A model generated the notes under the pieces. The model had not been told where the DNA came from. It was given only the letters and a program-made list of their open reading frames with translations, and ran no database searches. Shown piece after piece: positions 9,038 to 21,181 of a stretch of 64,000 bases of DNA. The translations under genes were made by a program, and so were the position numbers. How positions within the stretch are numbered: position 1 is the first letter of the stretch; each line of letters starts with the position of its first letter. Source of the DNA: Rhodosorus marinus CCMP1338. Lineage: Eukaryota; Plantae; Rhodophyta. The stretch is taken from positions 2,053,291-2,117,290 of the forward strand of contig JAMWBK010000008.1 of the NCBI GenBank assembly GCA_029953675.1, written 5' to 3'.

Positions 9038-12000
9038 CTACCTCCGAGATTCTTCACTGCAGAAGCAGACACCTTCCGACCCTTCCACCAAAGCGTACTC
9101 CTGACCGAGTGGAAGGAAATGGGGACGAAGGACAGCATGTTAGTAGAAAACAAATTGCTGACGAGAATCTTCTCATTTCTCTTCTCAGACTGAATTTTGA
9201 CCAGTTTGAGCGAAGCTTAGCTCCAAGATGGAAGCACTTACGCCTATGCCTGTAACCGTCCGACATTTCCCACCCACGTTGACCGTTTCCGCAAAATCGC
9301 ACTTGCCAATGTCAGACCTCGTGTTGGTTTGACAATTATCGAGCAGCACGCAAGCCCTATCTCCAACATAGCAAATGCACTTTGATGTGTCCTCAGGATC
9401 CTCCATGACAACCTGAAGGTGACAGGGAATTGGTGCTGATTAGCAGGTGACCTCCAACCCACTGGAGGAAAGAACGATAACTTTCGCGGTCTGTGATTTT
9501 CTGCGGAAATTGTGAAGTTTTGAATGCAGTTTCCCGTACACCTTGTTGTCCAGCGTTGTGGCAAGTATCGCCAATGTTGCCGTTGGTAGTTGTCCAGGCC
9601 CGGTTCCATCCGGAAAGGGACTCTATGTACGAGTAGCTGCACGTCCTCGCGGAACATTGGCACTGACCATCAAAATCATCGGAAATTGAGACTGGTTGGA
9701 GAACCTGAACGGGTTCAGAGACGAGTAGGTACGGTATGAACTGTTCAGCAACAAAAAAAAAGAAGAAGTGATGAATCTTCCGAAGCAGCAGAAATGATGA
9801 TCGTCATACTCCACTTCTGTCGTCGCGGGTACATCGATCTCCGATTCTAGCGACTGTACCGAACGTTGGCGTACAATCACCTGATGAGCAGTCCCAATTT
9901 TGACATTCCTGGAAGCACCTGCAGTCGCCCCTTGCGTCAACGCCAATGATCTAGTGCGAAGATATCCGGCCACAAACGTCACTAAAGTAAAATAGAACAA
10001 CTTGGCTTTTCTGCAACCTAAAACGCGCCCGTCGCTCAAACTTACCCCACTGTTATCATCGCATGGGTCATCTGATACGCCCGTAAATTCTTCACATCTA
10101 CTTCCTTCACAACTCGAGCGAGTACACGTGTCGAGCAAACACTCCCCGTAGTAAAACAAGGCATTGGTGACCCTCACCGACTATTTCAGAGAAAATTACA
10201 ATCCACAAGACACCGCAAAGAATAGCTCAGGAAGATTGTTTCTTGGGACGGCCACAGGAATGCAGTACTGCTTATGATTCGCGATCTTTGTTTTCTGCTA
10301 AGCGCTTGGTTCTTACCCCATAGGCCAGCCCTTGAAAGCATTGGCCTGGCTCGCTCAATGATTGTGAGTAGTACCTTCCTAGAAGTTTAGTGATGACTAT
10401 GCAATTTGTACAAATACAAGAATTCTGCCACTCCGCGTTCACTAGGTGCTAGATCGGTGAAGACGGAAAGGGGTTAGGACAGGACACCTACAGGATTGCA
10501 ATACCACGGTTTTTTCTGGCGCGAAAGTAACAGCCTTACATAATAACTTTCCCAGCAGCTCGAGCCGATGTCGACACAACCTGCATCAGGGTGATAACAC
10601 TGTGTTTCGGATAAACATTTTCCAGTACCCGTGTCAGTCGAAGAACAGTAGCATCCCCAATTCTCGTCTAGGCTTTGAAGCAGCACCTGCACGTTAAGTC
10701 ATAGCATAACATAAGTCTATCACTGATAATATCCTTGCGGAAGAGGAGAAACCCCAACTTCTTCGAGCAAGCAAGCGATCATCATTTTGCTCACCCCCGA
10801 ACCGTTATCACAGGAATCGCCCGGCATAGCACCCGCATAACTGCAGTTCTCACCCTCTGGGCAGTAACAGGGGATTAAGGCGGTTATCGCGCACGTATTC
10901 CCTTTTTCATCCGTCGGAACAAGCACCTGAAGAGATCCAAAAAAAAGAGGTGTGCCTGAAGAAAAATTAACTCCGAGCGTACTGCAGAGCTGCGTAGTTT
11001 AGTTGGCAACGTACGCCCCGGCCTCCATAGCTAGAGGTGTGCATTGAGTAAGGCCTTCCCATATTATCAGAAATCGTCAGATCTGGCTTGATGATGCTGT
11101 AACTGCATACTCGATTGATGTCTACCAGCGGCTTGCACAGGCAGATGCCTGCACTTTTCTCCCTCAGCACCTGTGGAGCAATCGAACGAGCGAAGGAAAT
11201 AAATGGCAAACTTAGAGAAACTGAAATCTGCTGGAGAATGATTGCTGCACGCCGATGCTAGCAATCAGTTAGTCCAAATAAATTGAAGCTTCACCACTAG
11301 AGGCCCCTTGGGGTGATAGGTGGATGTAACACGTACCCCAGGCACAGGGTTGGAAACACCCACGACGGTTACATCACATGCCATTCCACCGTAGCCCTTC
11401 TGCACGTTCAAGGGCTGGTTCACGGGATCAGGAAAGTACTCACAAGGAGCCGTACAAGAACATTCCACCTGTGGTAAGAAAAGAAATCCGAGAGGTTGGC
11501 TTTTTGTTACCAGAACGTGATCTAGTTCTGGTGGTTGCTTCACTTACGCCATCGGCGTAGTATCCTCCATCCGGTAGTTCAATAGCAGACTGTTATATTC
11601 CGAAAGACATGAAGGGCGGTCAAGGAGTGGTCAGGTTGGTGCTAATGGTATTTTGATAGTGAATGTTGCATATGTCATGATTTCTGGCACATACCCCAGG
11701 AGATCCCGCTGCGCTCATGCAGGTATTTCCAGCTCGTGTGTTGAAGTTTCCAGTGGCATCAGAGCTCTCGCATTTCACTCCGCTACCAACCTGGCAGATA
11801 CACATAGTAGCTTCGTGCGCGACTCGTTCAACAGTTCCATTGTCCCCACATTCGTTTCCTGGATAAATCTCCTCATCGCAGCCTGGTTGTCCTTCTGAAC
11901 CACATTCGTTGAAAACGCATGTCGTAGGTTTTTCCAACGGTTCGCATACACAATCAGCAGTAAACACAGGGCCCTTTTGGTAAGTCTGGACATTGTTTTG

Positions 12001-12783
12001 AAAGAATTGAAGACAGTAAGAACGATAAACCCATTCGTTCTAAACGTGCAAGTGCTTTTTTGTGTATAGAAGCCTCACTCCTTCATCCCCAAAGTGATTG
12101 CATGGTCTGTTGACCCTCTGCTGCACAAGACTGCAGTCGATAGGTCCGACCAAGCCCTGGGTGTCTGGACATTCTGTCCTAATGCAAGTATCCTTGGCGT
12201 CACAGTCAACGTCCAGTTCACAAATTCGTACGGAACTGGAGCTTCGCTTTGCACAGGAACCGCCCGAGAAGTCTTCAGTAGCGGGGTAGGTGAACAGGTA
12301 ACGTGGGAACGTATTCGAATCGCGCCTTGGTCTAATCCAAGCTCTCCAAATGACCACGATGCCGTTCTCACAACAATCGTTCGTTGCGTTTTTTAGATTC
12401 ATTTGCACAGTCCATTTTTGCTTCAGTTCTTTGAATGTTTTTGAATTGTACGCGTCTCGTGGGGAGGATGGAACCGCAGATTCCGAGCTATAGATCCCAT
12501 AGCCGGCCCCTTTCATGAGGTAATCCTTTTGATCCATTTTAAACTTCATCAGCAGTTTGTTGTTGGTAAGGCCCAGACACACGGTTCCGAACTCCAGCGG
12601 GAACTCGCTAAGATCATAACCGTGAGAAAAGTTCGGCCTAGTCAACGGTCTGCACACTTCGCCTTCCACTCCCAACCACGGGTCATCCACCTTCAGCAAG
12701 ACATCGCGACACGATTGGGCGGCGAAACAGGATGCGATTAAAATCATCACCTGAGCCACCCAAGAAATTGTCACCCTCACCAT
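9038..12783 (-). CDS. Multi-exon gene for a secreted Cys-rich modular protein (about a dozen short introns)
   Basis: Signal peptide at 12783. GT-AG introns with GTAAGT/GTATGT/GTGAG donors, e.g. intron 11986-12078. Spliced exons translate to repeated C-x-C...G-x-x-C...G modules. The last exon ends EYALVEGSEGVCFCSEESRR*. Some junctions are uncertain. Confidence 0.72.
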
Positions 12784-13689
12784 GTTCGTGGAACCTCACA
12801 AACGGCTCCTCTGCGAGAAACAACCCCGTTTTCAATCAAAAAACGTCGTTCAAGACCAGTCTAACACATTTAAAACTAAAAACAGACGTAATCCTCAAAA
12901 ATTCGTTGAAGATTTCTGTAGAGAAGTTGCGTCAACGTCAGATACGAAAAGATAAGACTCATATTTATCCTGTCACCACACACCATGCTCTCAAGCCTCG
13001 AGGCACAGTCCTTGGTAATCTACTTTGTCCCCAGCGCAAAAATCAGACCGTACAACATCACCAACACGAGATGGGCTTATTGAACTTCTTTGGCCAGTAC
13101 GGTCGTTGGCTGACACTATTCTGAACTCCATATCTCGTTAAGAGTCTTTCAGGATTCTTAAACAAGGCCGGGACAAACGTGGTTTTGATGGTTCAGGGGC
13201 CCGGTTTTCCTCCACAGTGGTCCTTTTTGAGCCGCCCCGACCGGTTCTCCTTGTTGTTAACCCGTTTGAAGTTCTCCTGTGCGGTATGGACGCTTTGATG
13301 TTGGATGTGCGTGATTTTCGGTCTCCAGTAGTTTTTTAGCCCCTCGTGGGGTTTTCGGGTCTCCAAATAAACAACCTTAACAACGTATTTGTCTTACTCT
13401 TTCACGATTCTCGACCAAATCAAACAAACGTGGCTCTTGGATGATTCTGGAGACTCGTGCTTTTTCACCTGTCCTATTTTATTCCCCTCCGCCTTCTTTT
13501 TTTTGTCTCTGAATGAAGATGTTCCATTCTCAGCGTTGTGCGGCGCGGATGGGCAACGTGTAAACGTAGCGCCCGCCTGCTTCCCCCCTCGCCCGTCGCC
13601 TATAGTAGCGGTGTGACCGGGTTGACTCTTTCATTGGATTGGGGCCCAGGATCAGCTTACAGAACTCCGAAAGCAGCGCATTGCTTATA

Positions 13690-15700
13690 ATCGAATGAAT
13701 TCGTTTAATCGGAGGCTGAAAGAAAAAAACCCCGAGGGGAAAAAAAAGACTAAGCGCGGTGAAGATCACGCGCCTCCAGCATCAAAGCAGCTTTCATACG
13801 CCACAGCGAGAAACTTTAACAAGTAAACAACGACGACAGACGGTCAGGGCGTTCGTGGAACAATTCCCGAAGCCAACGAGAACCAGCGGAATCCATAAAC
13901 CCAAACACTCAATGACCAGAGGTACCAGACTTTGAGCTAGAGCCGAAGCACCAATGCCTTGCGAAGGCGAGGCCCCCGCGTATTTCAAATCTTTGCGACG
14001 TCTCATATTGGTAGCGGCAAATCCACGGCGCTCGCCCGCGGTTTATTACTAAACAGCGGAGGGAAGAAACCCAATTTCGGATTGCACAAGAGAAGGACTG
14101 TCTGGTCAGAAACTGTCGTGAACTACTGAACATGTAAATCCATCACTCTACACTCCCGCGCCTTCTATGGTGGTTTTATTAGCATAGCCTGCTGCAGGGT
14201 GTAAAATGGAACTAGGAACTAGGGAGAAAAGCGTACAATCCCAGCCTCGGTGGCGCGCGCCTTAGCGAGCACGCTGCTAGAATATCGCCTTCCGTAGTCT
14301 TGTTTTCCCCTCAGTTTTTCTTTTTCCAGTGTCCGAATAAGCACGTTCATTCATACAATCAAATCTGCCTTTACAAACAATTCTGTCCCCCCCCGCCCCC
14401 CGACCCGGGGTCCGTTTGTCAGCTAATCAGACAGGAGCGGTCTGAATATCTGAATCTTTCTGGAGCCTCCATAACGTACCACAAAGCACCTAGTACACAT
14501 CGCTCCTTGGCGATAAGCTAGCACCATGCTCCTGCCACGGCGAGCACGGCTACGGCGAGCTCGGCGTGCTCGCCGTGTCAGGAGCATACGCAGGCCCAGG
14601 CGGCGGCGCCTTAATAAAGCCCCCTAGTTCCGTTTCCGCCCTGGGTGTAAGCGCTTGAGTGAATTTGTTTAAGTTAGTACGCCACTAGTAAGCTGCTCAA
14701 ACAAGCCCTCTCATGGAAAACAAAATAAAATCTGAGTGTTCATCAAACAAGAGAAACTATTGAGTTCCTTGATGGAAACGCTTGCTTCTTTGCTAAATAT
14801 AGAAACCGTGATTGTACAACGAAATGACTGAATTAATTTGTTTAATCGGAGACTGAAAGACAAAACACCTAGGGCAAGGTAACCCCAGAGAAAAGACTGC
14901 ACTCGGGGAAGATCGCGTGGCTCCAAGATCTGAATGAATTTGGTTAATCAAAGCAGCGTTCACATTCATTCATATGCCACAGCAGGAAACTTGGATGGGT
15001 TCAATGCAATTCTTGCTGATTCAGCCCCTACCTCACCCCCCGGGGGTTTGTACAGACAATTCCAAACCGAATCACGGAATTGGTGATGGATCGAGAACCC
15101 CTCTTGAGGTGGCAAACCGAGGTGTTTGTTCGGGTCAGAACCTCGATTCCCTCGCAGAATATCTGTGTTATTTTTTCATTGATTGAACGCATTTGTTTAG
15201 TCGGAGGCTCAAAGAAAAATACCCGGAGGGAATAAAATGACTAATCGCGGCGAAGGTCGCCCACTTCCAACATCGAACGAATGGTTTAATCGGAGGCTGA
15301 AAAAAAAAACCCGAGGGGAAAAAAAGACTAAGCGCGGCGAAGTACTAGCGCCTCCAACATCAAAGCGGCATTCATGCGCCACAGCAGGAAACTTAAGCGG
15401 GTAAACAACGATTGAAGACGGTCAGGGCGTTCGCGGAACAACTCCCGAAGCCAGCGAGAACCAACAGAGTCCATGAACCCAAAGCACTCAATGATCAGGG
15501 GTACCAAGCGATGTGCTAGTGCCGAAGCACGAACACCAGGGGAAGACAAAGCCCCCGCGTATTTGATCTCTTTGCGGCGTCTCATGCTGGCGGCGGCAGA
15601 TCCACGGCGCTCCTTCCAACATCAAAGCAACGTTCATACTCCACGGCAAGAAACTTAAACGGGTAAACAACGAGGACAGAAGGTCAGGGCGTTAGCGCAA
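13690..15700 (-). mobile_element. Cluster of short 5'-truncated family C 3' ends plus one A' 3' remnant (about 14170-14290)
   Basis: Repeated aatcggaggctgaaa...ccgaggggaaaaaaagactaagcgcgg blocks near 13700, 14830, 15190, 15280 and 15600. Confidence 0.8.
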
Positions 15701-15769
15701 TAATTCCCTAAGCCAACGACAGTAGAGCAGAATTCAACTACTGGTTATTACTGGCATAAACACCGCTTT

Positions 15770-17487
15770 TTTTTATATGGTCTTAATTGGGCTTTATTAG
15801 CATAGCCTGAAGCGCTAAGCAAGGCGTGAGAGGGAACTAAGAACTAGGTAGGGAAGCGTGCAAACCCAGGCGCCTATGGCGCGCCTCGGCAAGCATGCTG
15901 CTCGAATATCTCCACAGAGAGGCACTTAAACGCCGCAAAAGTTCCAAAAAATCAACAGGATGCTCAGTAAAATATTTCCGCAACCATTCCACATCCGGCT
16001 TCTCCACGCGACCAAAGCTTTCCACAACGAGAGGCTGGAACCGGTGGGAGCGACCCTCAGCGCGAGGCAAACTGGCCATACTCTCAGCGTACCGTCGTTC
16101 CTTCACTCGGCGAAGGACAGAAGCGGTTGCGCGCCGGCGGCGAGCAGCAGCAATGAGATGGGACCTAACCACAGGGCATGTTATCGCGAGGTTAACATAT
16201 GCTGAGCGTCCGGCGGCAGCGTCGGAGACAAGAAGATCTGCGATACAGCGAGGCGGCGCCGTGTCCGAGACCGATCTGGGCAGTTCCGATTCCACCTCAA
16301 CCGTATGCCCTTCCCGAGTCACATATTCGCTGAGAATGTATTTGAAGCGAGTGTGACGCCTCGTACGAACACCCCTCAACAGTCCGCATGAACGTAAGAA
16401 ATGGTAACCGCAAGCATCGACCCGACTCTCACATCCCTGACAGAATGACGGCCCATTAGAGTCCCACGGAGCTTGTGGCAAACCCAGGTAGATCCGTGCA
16501 GCAGAGCGGAATTGGAAGGCATCGAGACGGTGACCCAGTGACGAAGGTAGAGTGGTTAACCGCAAGAGCGATAGATTGCCTCCCATGCCGTGGAGGCGAG
16601 CGGCGGTGGTAGGCGGTGTGAGGGGAGAGTTGAGCACGATTGCGTGAGCGGCACTGCGTTGGCCCCAGGTGAGGCTATGTTGAATCACATCAGTGCGCGA
16701 GCTCCACAATCGGCTCAAACCCGGGTAATCGGCAACCGGTGACCCGGGGCTAGCTTCACCCTCGTCGGCGAGCACTCTGTCGATGGGAGAATCCTCGATC
16801 GCATCCGTCTGTCTCCATAACAGCTCTTTCCAGGAGCGAAATCCAGATCGATTCTCGTCAAGCACGGCGTTGCACTTACTGAGTGCCTGTTGCAGACCAT
16901 CATAAAGGCTCCGGAGGGGCGGCGGAGGGGTCGCAGGGTCTTCACTAGTTAGTGCTCGAGCCAAAAAATAGGCACTCCGCATCCGAAAGCTCACCAAGGT
17001 ACGAAGCGCAGTAGCCCAGGAGGCGACCGCCGCAAGCGAGCATACGAGCCCACTGTCTGCTACGCCAAATCCACCTAATCGCAATGGTAGAGCGAGCTGA
17101 GCACGAATTAAGTCCCTGTTGGAGCAGATTAGACATCCAGCGGTTCATCCAAGAGCTTTCCCCAGTGTTTCAACATCATGTCGTCGGCCTTAGTGGCGAT
17201 CCAGGCTCCCCAATGTGGTGGCAGGCTGCGCAACCAATAGTTGGGCCGGGGACCGGCGCAGAAGAGGGAGGAAAGCAAGCATGCAGATAGCTGCATGCTG
17301 TCCGGCAGACTCTCAATGGCGTCGGTCAACTGGTTGTGTCTGGCCAAGACCCGTTCGCAAAAGTCTCGAACAAAATTGGCACTCCCCAAACTGACACCAC
17401 GGTCCTCGAGGCCTTCACGTTCGCCGTAGTGTCGAAGACGAGAAGGCAAAGAGTCCATCGAAGCTTCACTCGGGGCGAGAAAACGTC
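15770..17487 (-). mobile_element. Family A' 5'-truncated copy (ORF 15837-17084, RT thumb to RLE)
   Basis: ORF2 C-terminal half clearly homologous to but diverged from family A; shared 3'UTR core. Confidence 0.9.
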
Positions 17488-18840
17488 TTTATTAGCATAG
17501 CCTGAAGCGCTACGCAAGGCGTGAAAGGGAACTAAGAACTAGGTAGGGAAGCGTGCAAAACCAGGCGCCGATAGCGCGCCTCGCCAAGCATGCTGCTCGA
17601 ATATCGCCACAGAGGGACACTTAACCGCCGCAAAAGTTCCAAGTATTCAACAGGACGCTGAGTAAAACATTTCCGCAACAACTTCAAACCCGACTTGTCC
17701 ACGTGACGAAAGCTTTCCACAATGAAAGGCTGCAACCGGTGGGGGCGACCCTCAGCGCGAGGCAGACTGACCATACTCTCAGCGTACCGTCGCGTTCCTT
17801 CACTCGGCGAAGGGCGGAAGCGGCTGCCCCCCGGCGGTGGGCGGCAGCCGTGAGATGGGCGCTTGCCACAGGGCATGTAATCGCGAGGTCAACATATGCT
17901 GAGCGTCTGGCGGCACATCGGAGATAAGGAGATCTGCGATACAGCGGGGCGGTGGTGCCCTCTCCGAGACCGATCTGGTCAGTTCCGATTCCACCTCCAC
18001 CGTATGCCCTACCCGAGTCAAACATTCGCTGAGAATGTACTTGAAGCGAGTGTGACGCCTCGGACGAAGACCTCTCAACAGTCCATGAACCTAGGAAGTG
18101 GTAACCACAAGCATCGACCCGACTCTCACATCCCTGACAAGAAGACGGCCGATTAGAGTGCCACGGAGCTTGTGGCAAACACAGGTAGATCCATGCAGCA
18201 GAGCTCAACTGAAAGGCATCGAGACGGTGACCAAGGGACGAAGATAGAGTGGTTAACCACAAGTGGGATAGATTGCCTCCCATGCCGTGGAGGCGAGCGA
18301 CGGTGGTAGGCGATGTAAAGGGAGAGTTGAGCAAGATTGTGTGAGCGGCACTGTGTTGGCCCCAGGTGAGGCTATGTGGAATCACATCAGTGCGCGAGCA
18401 CCACAATCGGCTCACACTCGGGTAATCGGCAACCGCTGACCCGGGGCTAACTTCCCCCTCGTCGGCGAGTACTCTGTCGATGGGAGAGTCCTCGATCTCC
18501 TCCGTCCGTTCCCATAACAGCTCTTTCCAGGAGCGAAATCTAGATCGATTCTCGTCCGGCACGGCGTTGTCCCTACTGAGTGCCTGTTGCAGACCATCAT
18601 AAATGCTCCGGAGAGGCGGCGGATGGGTCGCGGGGCCTTCACTAGTTAGTGCTCTAGCCGAAAGGCAGGCACTTCGCATCCGAAAAGTCACCAAGGTGCG
18701 GAGCGCGGTAGTCCAGGAGGCGACCGCCGCAGGCGAGCATACGAGTCAACGGTCTGCCACTCCAAATCCACCTAATCGCAACTGTAGGGCAATCTGAGCA
18801 CGAATTAGGTCCCTGTCAGGAGCAGCTTCCAGCCGTTCAT
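17488..18840 (-). mobile_element. Family A' 5'-truncated, frameshifted copy, head-to-tail with the previous copy
   Basis: ORF fragments 17532-17876 and 17684-18694. Its 3'UTR abuts the truncated 5' end of the neighbouring copy. Confidence 0.88.
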
Positions 18841-19059
18841 CCAAAAGTACTCTATCTTAAGAAGACCGGTCTAGCCACCTGCCCAAGCGCTATCCCGTGT
18901 TGATCCCGTGGTGAAGGAAACGGGTAGAGTAGAGGACGATCAGCAGAATTCAAGCACCTCATAACAGTATATGACGTACCTGAGACAAGGGAAATACAGG
19001 GAAATACAAGGGGATGAGTAGGCACTCATGGACTTAAGAGTACCAGTACGGGGGTTCTG

Positions 19060-19428
19060 CTCCATTTCTGTCCTCCAGCGGTACGCATACTAGTCGCTTA
19101 ACAGCGATGAGACCGTACTATTGGAACCCATCGACGGGTGCCTGGTACTCGCGTTTGGAAGATGAAAAGAAGAACAACTGGGATTCATTACAAATGGCCG
19201 TCAGGGACAACATGCTTCCGCTAATCGTCGTTGGGTCCTAGCCTTTTGGATCATCAGCAGGGAACATCGAGAGGGACGCACGATCCGAGACTATGTGAAT
19301 GCGTTCGAACGAGCGGTCGACGAACTCCGGAAGTATGATCCGGACTGGATATCCGCTATTGTGATAGTGCCGGCTTTCGTAAAAGGGTTAGTTGCAGTCG
19401 CCAAGCTCGAAGTAGCTCTCTGGTTCTA
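19060..19428 (+). pseudogene. Degenerate retrotransposon Gag (Ty3/Gypsy-like) remnant
   Basis: Frameshifted translation AWYSRLEDEKKNNWDSLQ... and IRDYVNAFERAVDELRKYD...AFVKGL fits the retrotransposon Gag pattern. Confidence 0.55.
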
Positions 19429-19740
19429 GTTCATTTACTTCTTGCGTAACGTTAGTAAAAAAAAAAAAAAAAAAAAGTCTGGGGTTTTTAGGGTAGTTGT
19501 TGTCGAGGATTGGGGTTTTGTTTCTTTTTCGGTCGCGAGCGTGTTCGTTTACGGGAAGCGCTCCCTCTGGTACGCCTTCCACTCGATTTTCCGCGGGGCG
19601 TCGTTTGCATTTGCAACTACTTCTGTCTTCCGGGTGGGTGTGTTGCGGGGCCTTTCCTATTTGGGTTGGGTTTGGTCGATTATTCTCTCGGTGCGGTTTC
19701 ATATTGGTGGTGCAACGTTTCCTTTGCGGATTCCCTCAGG

Positions 19741-21150
19741 ATGGTAGGGATATCTCCGCGCTCGACGGAGCCTCCTCCCAAGGAGGCACTGCCAGGTGGG
19801 GGACTCCGTGTTCGCCTCAGCTGCGGCACGTTTTCTTCCGAGGTTGACTTGGAAGGCGCTTCTGGCACCCAGGCGCGTGCACTTATCTCCGCTGTCACCA
19901 GCCTGATCACGGCTGCGAGTGATCGTGGAGTGCTCCCTCAGCTCACCCAGAAGCTAGGTGGGCTGGAATCGGGATTGCTGGCCAGTTCAAATTCAAATTC
20001 GGACGAGAATTTGAATTGCCCCAGAGTGGCAGCGTTGGCTGAAGGCAGTCAACATCAGGTCAATCAACATGAACTTGTCCCGGGACAGGCGAGGGCTGTT
20101 GCTTCTGCGCGGGACAGTACGACGTTGGGGAGCGGCAGGCCGGGCCAAAACGCGCTTCAGCGCTCGGGGACTCGAGGCAATGGTGGTGGTGACTGTGCGG
20201 CAACCGGTGTGGAGGAGACTGCAGCTGTGGACTTCCCTCTCTTGGACCAGCCCTCAGGTGGTCACCAGCTCCCGGCTACTTCGGGGGCACGTGGTGGCCG
20301 CAAGGGGGGCGCTTCGTACGCATCAGTCTTGCGGAAGGGCACCACTGCCACACGTACGGCGGCTATGCTCCGTTTCATACCATCTCGCGAGCCTCAGGAT
20401 GGACCTGTGGAGACCACTCTCCAATTTCTGTGGGTGCGAAATGTCCGGCCCCAGACTACACGAGGACAGGTTCCGTCTATGCGAGACTTTCGGGACACTT
20501 TTGCGGAATCGTTAGGGTGCAGCCGGGGTGATTTCTTCTTCGCAAACTATGAGGGCCGGGATGTGCTGTTTTTGGTCTCCGCAACCGCCGCCAAGTACCT
20601 GGAGGCCTTGCTGGCGAAGCCTACCGAGCAGTGGCCTGAGAGCGCCCGGTGGCTGCGCTGCAACCCGCAGGTGGTTTTGCACTTCGATTTTGACCGTTTC
20701 TCGGGCAATTTCCTGTCTCCGGGAGAAACGGCAGGGCTCTCTGAGCATGAGAGCAGCGTGACGGCGGCAGCGATCCATTGGCTACGGATTCAGCGCCTTG
20801 AGAGGATCTTGTTGGAGCGGTTCCAATCGGGCCCTCGTCACCTGCGCATGGCGGTTTCCAGTTTCTTCGATCTGGAGAGGCGACTTGTGCTGACTTCGCG
20901 CTACAAGACAGAGCTGCAGCGGGTGGGGATTTTGGAGGGCTCTGCTTCCAGCACTACTTCCAGCGAGAGTGGTGAGGCAGGGGAGCAGACTGAGGGCATG
21001 GCGGTGGAGGACGCCCAGGTTACTTCGCTGAAGCCCGCGGGATCCGTTCCGCGAGCCTCGCGGAGTGGGAGGCTCACGACTTTGGTGCGGATAGGAGGTA
21101 AGAGAGCGAGGACCGACTCCCCCGGGTCTAAGGGGGAGAAGCACGATTAG
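19741..21150 (+). CDS. Family A ORF1, copy 2
   Basis: ATG at 19741 matches the ATG at 46 in copy 1; frame intact. Confidence 0.8.
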   Translation: MVGISPRSTEPPPKEALPGGGLRVRLSCGTFSSEVDLEGASGTQARALISAVTSLITAASDRGVLPQLTQKLGGLESGLLASSNSNSDENLNCPRVAALAEGSQHQVNQHELVPGQARAVASARDSTTLGSGRPGQNALQRSGTRGNGGGDCAATGVEETAAVDFPLLDQPSGGHQLPATSGARGGRKGGASYASVLRKGTTATRTAAMLRFIPSREPQDGPVETTLQFLWVRNVRPQTTRGQVPSMRDFRDTFAESLGCSRGDFFFANYEGRDVLFLVSATAAKYLEALLAKPTEQWPESARWLRCNPQVVLHFDFDRFSGNFLSPGETAGLSEHESSVTAAAIHWLRIQRLERILLERFQSGPRHLRMAVSSFFDLERRLVLTSRYKTELQRVGILEGSASSTTSSESGEAGEQTEGMAVEDAQVTSLKPAGSVPRASRSGRLTTLVRIGGKRARTDSPGSKGEKHD

Positions 21151-21181
21151 CGCTCCAGGCACGGCTGCGAGGTCGCAGCCT

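Noticed and set aside
19477-19740. HDV-like or hammerhead ribozyme in the family A 5'UTR
   Set aside because: I could not find the conserved cores by eye; a covariance-model search would be needed.
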